A DNA stretch of 64,000 nucleotides, from positions 5,664,101 through 5,728,100 of the forward strand of contig NC_092677.1 of assembly GCF_964355755.1 (NCBI RefSeq). Direction: 5' to 3'. This document shows, piece by piece, positions 25,601 to 40,600 of this stretch (positions are counted from its first letter, which is position 1; the number at the start of each line of letters is the position of its first letter). Origin of the DNA: Antedon mediterranea. Taxonomy: Eukaryota > Animalia > Echinodermata. The notes under the pieces are model-generated. The model had not been told where the DNA came from. It saw nothing but the letters and a program-made list of their open reading frames with translations, and made no database searches. The translations under genes were made by a program, and so were the position numbers.

Positions 25601-28600
25601 TAAAATTAAAGTTAATTAATTTAATGGCTTCCAGAAATATTAGTTTAACAGGAATCTTATTTTTAAATTAAAAAAAAACAACAAATAATTTATTTTGCAT
25701 CTAATTTGTGTATTTAATAATTACAAAAAAAAATAATGTTACTTACTTGAGTAAGAAGTTTTAGATCTGAAAAACAAAAAAATATACATTATAAAAAATT
25801 AAGAAAAAATACAGATTTAGAAATGGTGCTGAAATGATCAGAGTTCATTGGTCTTTCCCTCTACAATGTAATTTATTTATATTTGTAATAATTAGAAATA
25901 ATAAAAAAAATCACAATGAATATTATCAGTACCATATTAACATTTTATGAAAAAAAAAAGGTGTTTGGCATGCCAGACAGTAGTGATAAATTATCTATAT
26001 AACTTTTTTTTTCAAAACTAAATATATTCTATATTTGTAAAATTTGACCACTATCAATAGTGAAAAGTTCCAAATTATACAAATGATTATGTAAAATATG
26101 GAATAAAAATGTATATTTATTCATTTATGTTGTGGTAAATTCATATAACAAATTTGCATTATTACTATGCAAATTACAATAAAATCTATAAGCTGATCTT
26201 TTGACATTCAACAAATTTCCTCTATGTAAATTGTTGCCTTTAATTAATGGATGAAATCATAAAAATGTAAATTTGAATAAAGTGAAACATAAAATTTAAG
26301 TATTTATTTTCTACATAACACACAGTTACTATTTAAAACATTATCTATTTAGTATAACATGCGATACAAGAAGAAACATTCTCCCAATTCATAAACATTC
26401 ATTAGTTGTATACTATTTTAATAGGTTTAATTCAAATAAATTAATATAAAATAAAAGCAAGCTTGTGTTTAAAATACTCAAAAAATAAAGATGCACAAAG
26501 CTAAAAATTCCCAATTGAAGTTATAAAAAAAAATTTAATGTACAGGTATAAAATAATATTCAATGTAATATGGTAATGAGTTTTGAATCAAATAATATTA
26601 CAGATACAAATAATGGCAAATTATTGAAGAAATAATCTGGTAAGTTTATGTACATGATACAGGATTCTGAATTATCACAAGTAGTCATATTATAAATGAT
26701 ATAAATGGCCAGATGCAGCGAGAAGTGAATGGCAAGAATATATACTACATATCTATGTATTTAAGTGTATTTTGTAGAAGACTGCAACCAAGGTACGAAC
26801 AAAACAGAGGCAATGGCAGGCAATGAAAGACTGTATATAATCTATGGTAAATAAAGCAACCAAAATTATGTATGCAAAGTATGTAAATTATTATAGTACA
26901 GTATTAGGGACAGCAGATAATGAAAGGAAAAAGTTAAACTACCAGATTAGTCAGGCAAACCCTAAAACCGATAAAGATAAATTGCCACAAAAAAACAAAA
27001 ACAACACAAGAACTAAATTGTTTGCCAAAGAAAAAAATAGATTGCTCGTTCTTCAACATTCGCTCATAAAATGTTTTGTAAAAAAGCATGCACATGAATT
27101 AAGCATAAGGAATCCTATTCACGCAGTTTTATTTGGGTTTTTTTTTTAGCTGATCTGAAGAATCTGAAATCCTCCATTTATCATGGCTTGTAAATTAGAC
27201 TCATTTAAACAAACCCAATTTGTGTTTTGTATGTAACATTAAGGGTTGAGGGATGGGGGAAGAAGATAGGTACAAAGAGGAAACATTTTAAAATATATTC
27301 TTATCCACTCAGTAACGAAATATTGTTTTTAATGTTTTATAGGCCTATAAATAATATACCACTAAATACAGTAAAACATTTACGATTTAATACGGTACTT
27401 TGTTAAAACTCTCACTGTCATAGTCGATTGAAATAGTAAAGTACATGTAACGATACACCACTACGACGTTTATATATTTTTAAATTATTAATTAATACAA
27501 ACGTTGAGAAGCAACTGTCAGTAATAACGTTTATTTATTTGTATATTATATGTTTATAATCTAACAGTAGGGCCTACCCACACTCACAGTAATAAAGTTT
27601 ATTTGTATATATTTTTATATTACATCTAACAGTACCAACACTCACAGTAAGAAATTTACGATTCAAATTGCGATCAAAAGTGGTTAATACCTTAACAGTA
27701 TTGTACAGCATTGCAATACTATTTATGTTTATTCTCCATGGGGGCCCATAAATCTAAATCTATACCTCTATGGTTAAACCAAATAATTTGGAATGTTTAT
27801 TTGTATATTATATGTTTATAATCTAACAGTAGGGCCTACCCACACTCACAGTAATAAAGTTTATTTGTATATATTTTTATATTACATCTAACAGTACCAA
27901 CACTCACAGTAAGAAATTTGCGATTCAAATTGCGATCAAAAGTGGTTAATACCTTAACAGTATTGTACAGCATTGCAATACTATTTATGTTTATTCTCCA
28001 AGGGGGCCCATAAATCTAAATCTATACCTGTATGGTTAAACCAAATAATTTGGAATGTTCCATTCATCACAAATCAATACATTTGTAAAAACGTATATTA
28101 AATGTATCACAATAGTATTTTTTAAGAAAATCGGCCTGTCTTCAACATTATGATACTGTACTCGAGCTGTTCAACCGGTTTTCAGCTATTAAAAACAATT
28201 ATCGAAGGAGGAGATAGGAAAATGCGAAGCCTCCTCGCATTTTTGTGGCGGGTATTTTTCAAGATGGACATCCATTAGACAGTGTATACCACGATCGGAA
28301 AACACCCCTATTTGGGGCAAATCGTTGAACCTAAATTCGTTTTAATCGTCAATAACTAATTATCTAACTTAATTTAATTAGTAAACAGGGTTACATCAGG
28401 TGGTTAAAATCAGTACCGAAAGTACGAACCAACTTTATATACCATCGAGTAAAAATTCTAGAAGTAAGGCGCGATTTACCGAATTTTGCCCTTACGTAAA
28501 TTTATATATAGATACTTAAGAGGGTTTGGTGTCATGTAAGGTTTTGGCAATTCTCATAGCAAAAAACTATAAGCATTTCACTACTTTGCATAGATGTAGA

Positions 28601-31600
28601 TGTGTTGTACATACTGTAACTAGCAGAGAGGTTTTGAATCGTGAAAGAAATAGAAATGGCTGTAGTAACTCTTTGGTCACATAGCATGAAGTACTTCGTA
28701 TAATAAATGAAGTTTTATATGTTAGTGAAAAGTTATTTTGTGTAATTTTGAATATAATGGGTAAATATGAACAAAAGAGCTTTGCTGGAAGTGTATCTTT
28801 ATCATAAAAAAAATCCCAATAAAAATAAAAATCAAATACCAAAAACATTACCTTTCATTCAAGTCTTTAGCTAGAACATGAAATAAAAAATAATACAACA
28901 GTTAGACAATACAGGTGTGATGATGGTATAATAGCAACAAAAAAATACAAAACTATATAGTACAGTAATTATTAGGATTTTGAGTGGTCATTGTCTTATC
29001 AAATATCAAACAACAACATTGGGAATAGGTTATGGAAATACACTGGTACATTTATGACAGTACAAAATAACAATTAAAAGTCCAACATTCTTGTTTATAA
29101 CAATTTAAACTTAATCGGGTGTAAGTGTAAGACGGCATCTTAGCGTATGATCATTTTTTAATTTGAGAATAATGTGGTAGTAATATTTTATTACAATTTT
29201 AAATAGCCTAATAATAATTTAAAGGTCTTTATCTTGAGTGGAAACATGTTTGCTATGCGTTTTATGTAAATGGTCATAAGAAATAACATAGATTCTATAT
29301 TACCATTACCACTTGTCTGTGTAAATTGGCCATTAGAGGAAAGTATTTTGTTCAAAGTGAAGAATAAACAGAAAAAGATCAGAAAAATTATATCAATAAG
29401 AGTCATTACAAAGTACCAGTATGTATTATAAATACAAACACCACAAGTACAATGGTAATCATTAATACATATATAATACAATGGATACATTTATAATAAT
29501 GGATACATTTATAATACAATGAATAAAAATACAATACAATGGATACAAATACAATGAATGTAAAATAACACAAAGTACTGATAGTATATTAAAGTAATTG
29601 AAGCTCAGTCTGCAATTGAAAGAAAACCTGTAATGGGTATAAAAGCATAACAAACAATAATGACTACTACTAAAAAAGAAAGTGCAATCTATTCTATTAA
29701 ATATTTGTTAAAACAATGGCGTAATGGCTATGAGCACTCACTGGCTTAGTCCAAGGGTTCCTAAGCTTATAAGGGCTCCTGAACTGCGCCCAGACATAAC
29801 AATTTGTCAAAAAAAAGGCTAAAATGCCTCAAGGCCTCCAGCGTTTGAGAGCCATTTTGGGTCGCTAAACTGCGTTACAAAAAAATTAATAAAAAGATAT
29901 TCATTTATGTTAATATACAATAATTGGTACTTTTTCTATACCAACAAACAATTATATTTTTTTCAATCAATCAATCAATCAATCAATAAACTTTGGAATG
30001 TATAGAATTATAGAGTACTACTACATTTTCATGAATGAAAGTGATGATTACAAATAAAATATCATACAACAGATTCAAATAGACTGTATAATACAATAGT
30101 TCAACAAAGCCAGCTTGCACAACGTGCAGTTGAAAAGTAAAAAGCTGAAATTACAACACATTAGCATCATTTAAAATATATATATATATATATATAACCA
30201 AAAAAAATATATCAAAATTTGAGATAATAAAAGGAAGAAGGCGGGTTCCTAGAAAGCTACAGGATCTTGAGTTGTGGTGTCTGTGAGACAGAGGAACGAA
30301 GGGACAAATCAACAGAAATATCCAGCTAAAGCATGCATTTGTAAAAATTTGTCAATTCTACTGAAGTAAAAAAAAATGCATTTAACAAAACTTTTCTACA
30401 TTTTTTTTTTGGAGACTTTCAAATTACCTTTAGGGTGCAACACTCCTTGAGAAAACTCAAAATAAGGTGTCTGTTCCTCGGTTCTTATTATTTTCGATTT
30501 ACATGTACTGGGACGCAAATCTAGGTCAACATATTTTATCTCTTTCTATAAATAGAATAATTGCAATAATAGAAAAAACATGTATCTGTAAACTATCCTT
30601 TTATACCAATATATAAATCCAACAAGGAGATTTTCAAATGGTTTGTTACCATATTTGCAATTGATACCATTGGTATCTCATATTTTAAAACATTTTAACT
30701 AACTTACAGGTTCTGCAGCTGGTTTTTCCTTTTGATCAGTTTCCGATATTCCTATATTGAAAAGAATATCCACTACAATTAAGTATAATCAACTGACTAG
30801 ACTACTCCTATATGATGAATAGATTTATACAAATTAAAGAAATTACTAATAAATAAATTATGCGCTCAGAGGGCGTAAAATTATTCTTCATATTGAAGAT
30901 AAAGATACAGATAACTCAATATTTTAATAATCATGACGTCACCAATATATTAATTTTCCTGAAATTTAATAGGTATTTTCTACTAATATTTAAACCAAAA
31001 TATTAATAATTTGAAAATTGTTGACACTATCTATGATACTACTACCAATGATATTGTAAACCAACGATGTCGTTGGTTAAAATGCCTTTTCTGAATATGT
31101 AAACAAATTAATATAGTTGTCAATAAAAATATAAAACAAGTCTTCTATTCTTTATGAGAGTATTGATAGAAGTTACACTGTTTTCAATCTACATTTCAAA
31201 ACAACTATATACCTTTCTTAACAAGCTTTCCCTGGGATACTTCCATATACGGTGTTTGTTCTTCATTACTTATAATCCCTCCTGAGGAGGTACTGGCTTG
31301 AAAATCAAGATCCGCATATTGAAGCTCTTCTTCCTAACATTTTCATAAACTAATCAATATCTCTTTTAAAAAAACAATCTAAAATGGACAAATTAACTAA
31401 TTGCCAGATTTTGAATAGACAAAATAATTCTTCTATCTCAAACGAATAAAGAAATGAAAATTAAACAAAAATGTTTTAAGGGATTTTGGTGTATATTCTC
31501 TAGCAAAAAAGTCAACTTTGCTAAGAAATTATCTTTAATTTGCAAAAGTGTCCGTCTAAAAATCTAAAATACCTTGTGTTTATCTTCAATTTCTGATATT

Positions 31601-34600
31601 CCTATAGTAGCATATAAAAGAAAATTAATTAAAACATGATAAAATAGATATACCACTTTGAATGAATTACTGCATGTATGTACTATAATTATTTACTACA
31701 TATATAATACTAGTCTATAACTTATTTTACTTTACATTTAAAATGCAATTAAAATAGTTTCAGGTAGCATATACAGTACATTAAGACTGTAAATTAATAA
31801 ATCAAAAACAAGATCTACAATCATGCTTTCTACAAAAAAAAAAGTTGTTTGTAATATAAATATCGTTTGTATTATTACGTTTGTTAGTTTCGATCAATTA
31901 AACACAACATTTAAATGTTAGAAATTATCTATTCTACAAAATGAATATACACAAAAGAAGATGATAATTATAAAGTATAAGACATTATAAAATGCAACAC
32001 ATCAAACCAATCAACTATGACTCAGACTAAATGCTAAATATGTTAGTCTAAAAAAGAAAAAAAATATAATAAATAAATGATATGCTAATCCAATACTATA
32101 AAATTAATATACCAATCAGAACAATTATATATTTTAAAAAACCGTCCACTTACAAAAATAAAAGCATGGGTAGATTAAAAAGCGGGACAAATAGGTTTTG
32201 TGGTTACATAGGACAAATGTTAAGCTGTCTATTTCTACACTATAACTGCAATACTAATTCATTATAATTAGTAGAAAAAAATCGGCAGCATAATGAGAAA
32301 GGTTAGTAATGTATGTTTGGTCAGTTGTTAGTAAAAATTACACACATTGCAGTGAAATCATCTAAGAACTGTCCACAATGACAAAGTTAAGCATACATTT
32401 TGCCAAATGATATTCTTCCAAAAATACACTCACTGGGTGAAGAATAATAAAATGAAGTGATTTTTTTGGCATTTTTTTCTACTTTGCTACTGTACTTATT
32501 GTAAATAAGCAGCAAAATTGTCTTTAAAAATATGACATCACCAGTAGACTTTCTGCCACGCTGTCCAACTTCAGCATAAGTGACAGGTTGTTCAAATGAC
32601 ATAGAAGAACCAGATTCAACATTTTCATAAATTATTTCGTCCTGTAAATACATTTTGGCCAAGTCACAATAGTAATAATATCCTGGACTTATAAAGCGCC
32701 TAATGTTGTGAATGACCGGCGGCTTGCAGCGTAACTGGGCTAAATTGTGCACAAGTGAAACAGGGGTAGATGGCCAAGTACAATGGGGTAACCACTCCTG
32801 GGATGCACTGGATTCTCGCAAACCAGGTTTGTAAACTGGACATCCAGTCCAAAAAGACTAATTTTTACCAATGAAGAACACATTTTGTTTTGCGGCACAC
32901 CGGCCTTATAGCACTTAACCACTTGAATCAACATTGCTTTGATTATTATATTCACACGTTTAAAAAAAACTTAATTTTAATACTGGATATCTAGATAGAC
33001 ATAGATCATATTTTCTATAAATGCTTCAGAATTGATGCATATGTCTTTACACAATTATTGTCATATAAATTGGGATTACATAACTTTAAAAATAGCTATA
33101 ACAATATATATATTCAAACATTTTTTGTGCATGCCACTGCGTTTTTAAAGTTTTTAAATAAAGATTCTTACTGTATAACCGATGTTGAAGGATCCTCCTT
33201 AAATAAATATAGAACAAACAGATATTGTAATATTAACAACTTCTAATACAAAAATAAATAAACCTGTACTTCATTAGCAATTTTAACAATACAATAATTA
33301 AATTTCTGAGACAGAATAGTTTGCTTGATTGTGTTTGGCCACTCTATAACTACTCCCTTAACACACCCTGCCCCCATCCCCACTTCACCGTCCACCTCAG
33401 TAATAACTGCTGGTTAATTGAGAAAAATAATTTGTAAATGCAAACATTGACAGCTTTAGAATTCACTGTATCGTAAATTATTGTAATGTTTACTGTAACT
33501 TAACAATCAAATAAAAACAAATTCTACAATAAATGTATACTCTATTGCTCATAAAGAGTCAGAGAAACCTAAACAAAATAATAAGTTGATTGATTGATTG
33601 ATTGATTGAAGTAAGAGATATACATTCAACTCTATTGAAACAGGACTTTTTGGAATGCATATCAAGTAAAAAATTAATCATGTTCCACCTGAAGCTAAAA
33701 AAAAGTAATCAAGAGAATAAATAAATAGCAAAGTTTATACTCACCAGATGTTGCTTGATGTTCTGCTAAAAGTTCACTACCTTCATCAACAGGATTTGTC
33801 TTCGAAAACAAAATTGAAACAGATTTTACATTATTTTAAGCATGTTTTAAAATACTGTAATGTTTTTTTTCAATATGACAGTAAAATACGTAGAATAAAT
33901 CAATTCTTTTTAAAATCAACATTATTAATTGTTGGTTGTTTGATGTGGTAGGTAATTTCTTGCCTTGACAGTTGTAAAATAAGATGATTTTGAGATTGAT
34001 AGGAAATTCAGAAAACGTAAATAAATAGCAAGATAGCAAGGCATAACATTGTAAGCATATATGCTATATTTATTATCTATTTAAGAATTTGTAGAAAAGT
34101 GAAAAAAATACAATATACTGTATATTAACATACAAAATAACTAGACATAATTTAATGTTAATGACACAAAATAATGGTAGAATTAATTATTGACCTAGCA
34201 TTTTAAGAGTAAGGTTTGGCAGTAGATATTTATATACGACAGATATACCAATATGATATAAAATAGATAATTATTCATATATGGTCTTTTCAAGTTAGTT
34301 GATACTATTCTCATAGTACCAACCTTTGATGTTTCTCCAGATTTAGGAAGTGCAGCAGTGTCTTCAGTTTCTGCAGACTGGTTTGGTGAACTGGATTTGA
34401 TTACAACAAGAGGAACATCTGCACCATCAGGTTCTTCTCTTTCACTGCCGTTCATGCGACTCTCTTCACCACTTCTACTACCACTGCTGTTGGGTTGACA
34501 CAATAAAAGAAAATAATATTACAACACAGGTACCTCTGTACCATCAAGACATTCTCTTTCATTCACCCTCAGCTGATATTCTACACTCCTCTGTTGCTAC

Positions 34601-37600
34601 TGGGTCAATATAATAAACAGTTGTTTTGTTGTAAATTGAAATCAAATTTATTGTGAGAGTTTTTCATACTTTGATTAAAATTAAAAAAAGTAAAAATAAT
34701 GTATTTAATCATGCTAGGTAAATGTAAGTTCAGTATTCAGTTCTGAACGTAGAGGAATGAGCTGTAGTGTTAGGAGCTCATTTTACTAAGCCTCTGCTTT
34801 ATGTGGTAGGGTGGCCAGTTTCTTTCCACGCCGCCTTATCCTCTCTAGTATTTTCAGGTACTCATTTACCGCTGAGTAGACTGGAAGTTGTCGGGAATTT
34901 AACCCAGGTCTCTCTGTACCCAACTTCTTATCATCATGTTACAATGGTGAAAAATCTCACCTGTGTTTCTTTTTATCTTTACTGTTGTATTCAACTATGA
35001 AATAAAACAAAGAGTTAATGCATTAATACAATATATTGAAACGGACAAAAACAGTCAGTACCTAAAACATTTTAGTAAAAAGGAAAATGAATAAATAAAT
35101 TGAAATTTGAATATAGAAATCATTATTTACATATCATTTTATTGTCCAATAAAAAATAATAATTACATTATTCAAATGATTATTTGAAAAAAAAATTGAA
35201 ATAAAATGGTTTGAAAAATATTAATATACTTTAGGATAAATAAAAAATATGTAATACAGTAACTTACCCGATTTGTTACAGTATTCAATACAAAAGAATC
35301 CACAAAAGTAAAGACAACAATAACAGACAAACTGACAGACTGTTTTACAACTACTGAATTGCTTTTGATTTGAACCAAGCACTTTGTTGTCTTTCTTTAT
35401 TTCAAAAGTCTTGAACCTTGCAATACTTGGACGGTATTTAAAACTCATCTCAACTTGTTTACCACCTTCAACTGTCAATGTATTAATATCTTTATTACTC
35501 CACTCAATATTCTTGTAATGCATAAAAACTAAAAGTAAAATATTATCCTTAATATTTAACATTATTTTAATGTATTGTTATTATCAAACTTTATATATTA
35601 TTTGAAAATAAATTATTGTATCTAGAATAATTTGTTTATTGTTCTCTGGCATTGTCTGTGTAATATTTTCCAGAACATATGGAATTGGTTTCCAACGAGA
35701 ATTTAAAATGGTGTAAACAAATAAACAAAGAAGCTATTATCAATTATTATAATACATTCTACATTAATCATGGACATTCATTTTTTTTACATAAAAATCT
35801 GAATGAAGAAATAATAAAAAAAAATGGTATAAAACAGTATAATGAATAATGTTAATGAATGAATATTAAAATCCTAAAAGAAAACTATATTTATTTAAAT
35901 TCCATCTAAATACACATGCTAATTGCTATGAAATTTATATAAATATTATTTAATTCACTGTGCAAATAAGAGCACTGAGGCAGACATACCTTATTGGATT
36001 CAAATGGGGCATTTAAAAATAAACCAATTGAGGGATAATGTTATATGCATGCTATGCAAATGAGGCAAATATTTAAACATGGGAGATGATACTTTACTTA
36101 CAGACAATAAGCAGTAACCATAGGAACAAACCAACAACAACAACAACAATCAGGAGGATGAACGATCCAGCACCTGAATATACAAAAATAGTCAAGACTT
36201 CCATTAATAAAATACAGATACATTTTTTGAAAGCTAAGGTATTGCTTAAAACAGAATTATTGATATTATAATGAAATTATTAAGCTAACTTTTAAATACC
36301 AAAAGCACTAAAATATTTTAAAATGCTGGCCAGAATATCATCAACTCTTAGTAAGTCAAATATGATATTTTACAGACATATTAATCATTGATAATAATAC
36401 AATTTTACATTTGTTAATTTTGTAGGTGTGGTTACTATAACACAGGAACTCCAGTACACTGTGATGTTTTATTTTTAATCTATACAAAAAAATCACAATG
36501 ATTCAGGATGACCCATTTAATACTTATATTGAAAATTCTTATCTATAACTAAATTGTTTACTCATCTAGAAAATAATAGGAAATTGAATAAAGGAAGTCA
36601 TTCAGTAAAGCCTAGTAATGTGGTAATACAGATGAGTTTTCTGCCATTAGTACGACGGATATACAGAAAGAGCATTACCCCTCTTAAAGCAAATTAGATA
36701 ATGGTGAAAATCTGTATACTTTACATTTATTTTACCAACTTGACATCACGATCAAGTTCATTGAATTGAGCAATAATGGTGCAACAACCTCATGTTTTAA
36801 AAATTAGGAACACAAATGCCATAAAAGTTGCACTAATATGCCTAGATAGAATAGATCATTTTGCTAGATGCTAAATTTTGTCCAAAATATATGCTAAGTT
36901 AAGAAAATTTATGCTAGCACTACTACTATTACTAAGGACTGATTTGTGATAGACAATTATATCGAACATAAGTCCTTTTGGCCTATCTATATCAATTCCT
37001 AAAAATGTATATCTGTGTTTACTGGAATCAAGTATTAGTATACTATCTGAATAAAGGTTTTTTTAAATTTTCTTTGCATATGCATTGTTATACAGTAATT
37101 AAATTCAATATTTTCTAAATAAACATGTTTGAATGGGCGCCATTAAATTTTAATGAGTGGGTAGGTGAATAGCTAGTGTTAGCAACATGAATTTAGCAAA
37201 TTTATGATGATTCTTTTGAAAAAAGACAAAGTGTATTATAACTAAAGACAACTGTACCGTATGTAACTTTCAATTATACTGTAATTGGGCCAGAGGCCTC
37301 TATACATGATTGAATAAATGGCCTAGGTCACGTGCCTAGGAACGAACGAATTTCATATATAATGGATTGAGTGAAAGTTTGTATTTTTATTTTATTTTTT
37401 TATTGGTTTGGTTTTTTAAATATTTAAGTGAAATAATAACAACATGCATAAATTATTCTTATAAAAAAAATGCTGATTGGAATATTTACTGTACCTAGAA
37501 ACATTCTAATATAATTCAATAATAATAAAATACACTTTTCAGTTAATAAAAAAACAGCTGTCAAAAGGGAACACTATACTATACTGTATATATCAGCTCA

Positions 37601-40600
37601 TTATACTGTAGCATTATGTTTGATTGGAACAATACTACAGTAGTAGAGGAGAACCACTGATAAATCTAAATAACAATTGGAATACAATTTTTTTACAATA
37701 GTAATTTTGCAAGATTAAACAATTTATAAGTACTTGTTATAATAAGTTTTTTTTAAAATGCAGGTTATTTCCCTAATTTGTCCATTCTCAGAGAGTGAAA
37801 TTGTTTCTAATAATAACAGTGAAACAAGGAAGAACAATTAAAGCAAACTGAAATTGAAAGTTGTATACATTTTACAACTTCCTTTGTTTAAATTTTAGAA
37901 CTTTGTAGGATAACTAAATATATTAAATTATTATTGGAAACATACGAACATCAAATAAAACTTTAAAAGAATAAATTAAAATTAAAGGATTTCAAATTTA
38001 AAATTATATTTTCAATTGCAAAAGCATTGATAAAATAAATTTGCATTGACAAGCATTGAACGACCATGTTAACTTTTATTAGGATTCATTATTTAGATAT
38101 GCATACCAAACTGGCTACCAGCAAAATCATTTGAGTTTGGTGTCAGTCCTACAATAAAAATGTTTGTGAGACATTTTGCTTCTACTAATGTAGAGTTTCA
38201 TTTCCATTCACAATTTATTCATTATAAAACACTTTTCATACTGCAACAAACACATAGCACTTATGAATGTTTACTGTTTACTTCTAGTTTTTGCATCTAA
38301 TCTATACAAACATGTACCTAATGGTTAATTATGCGCATACAGATAGCACATAGTATTTGATTTAAACTGTACGATATGCACAAGTATTATTGAATAAGAA
38401 AGAAAATTAGGAAATTGCAACGTAATTCATGAATGCCTTACTAAATAGTAAATTTAATACATTACCTGCTACATTACCTGCTTCATTACACTCCTCTAGT
38501 GTTGTTGTGTCATTAAGCTTTCCATTCTCTGCATAACATGTAATATTTGATTGACATATCTCATCATTAATTTCTATAGTTGCTGTATTTTCTTCTTTCT
38601 TAACCACTTCTCCATCTTGTAATATCAATACAGATGATGGCTTGGGATGGCTCTCTGCTGTACATGTTGCAATGCCATCTTTAGATGTAAACTTAACAGT
38701 GATAACTAAAAGCATTTAAAGATCAGTGTGAATGCACATCTCGTACAATGTACTAATAAAAATAAAAGCATTTAAAGATCAGTGTGAATGCACATCTCGT
38801 ATAAAATGTAAAGCTGGCCACTTAAAAACTAGTTTTAGTTCATGTTCATAAACACCTCAAATTTCTGTATTCAATTCTTGATTTTTTCAGAAATACACAG
38901 TAGGTTATACTTTGCTGTGTTCTCATGAAACAACATAAGTTGTTGTTGATACATGAGTACTAACAATAAATCACATCTTGAATCACACATGAATACATTT
39001 CAAGTAAACAGATCAGTGGTAAATTTGATAAAAAATCATCCCAAACCTTGGCAATCAGAATTTCACAACCCCACTATTTTAATTATAATTAATGTATGTA
39101 CATGGATTAGGTGATGTTTTTTATATTTTACATACAATATCCAATTATGTTCAACTGTTTTCCAACACTTGTTTTAGCATCATCTCCTTTAAACTGATCA
39201 CTTTCTGCTTTACATGTAAATATCCCACCATCTTCTTTAGTAGCTGATTTAATCTTAAGAACTGACACTGTACTGTTACTCGCAATCTCATATCTAGATA
39301 GGTTGTTGGTGTTGACTGTCTGTCCATCTTTATACCAAGTAATGTCAGGAATAGGATCACCATCAGTACTACAGGTAAAGGTCACTGATTGACCTTCATA
39401 GACAGAGCTTGCTGAGGCATCAAGAAGTGGTTGATCCAAGTCTGAAATGAAAAGATGAAAAAAAATGAACTAGCTTTACAAAATTATATTTACTAAAAGT
39501 TGATGCTAAATATTGTATCAAAAAAAGAACAAGCCAACATCCCTTTTTAGATCTAATGAATTTTTACTGTTTCTGGTTTGTTATTTATGTACTCAACTCC
39601 AAAAGAGATGAAAGAATATACTGTAGTATAGTTTCCACATTAACTGTAGACTAAAGTGCTATAATTAATATATTATAATATTACAAAACATATGTTTTAG
39701 TCATAATCATAAAGGGAATGCGATTCATGCAAAAAGAGCCATTTAAAGAAAATTTGACTTGAATTGAAAATAGGTAGACATTAAAGTACTTTATATAACA
39801 CCTATATAAATTCCTGCCATTTGATTGGACGAATGTGGGTCACATGGCGTGCAATAGTACGCACTATTCAACGATCGTTAAATAGTACTTTTTGAAACAT
39901 TTTTGTTTGTTATTTAGATGTTATATAAAACAAATAATGGATGTTTTGTATTCGTGTAATGGTACAAATAATGGCACTTGGTGAATGATGAAAGGTTATA
40001 TCAACTCGGCTTTGCCTCGTTGATATAACCTTTCATCATTCACCTCGTGCCATTATTTGTACCATTGCACTCATAAACATTCATTATTTGTATATTATTT
40101 GATATGTTCAGTATTATGCTAAAATTAGGTGGTACCCAGACTGTTAATTGAGTAAGAAGTAGTGGTTTCAAAACCTTTATAATAGTTGTTAGTGCAGTGA
40201 ATGATATTATTATTTGATCAATTTAATTAAAAATAACAAATTTAGACTTGGGAAATTACATATAACAGTGATTTTAGAATGATTTATGAAAATAGAAAAA
40301 TTCTTTTGATCTTTAGTCTATTTTATGATATTATACTCACAATATACAGTTAGAATAGATGGATTTGAGGTTGCAATATCTCCATCCGTTGTTCGTATCT
40401 CACACTGAAATGTTCGTTCAGAATCACCTCTGGTTGGCTGTGACATCACCAAGTCAGCTTTCCCAGGTTTTATGTTTAATTTAAAACGTCCATTTTGTAT
40501 CTTCTTATCATTTACAAGGTTTGTAGATCTATCTTCATACAGTTCATTCCATTCTATTGTATAAGGTGTAGTAGATGTAAATTGTGAATAATCACAAGTT

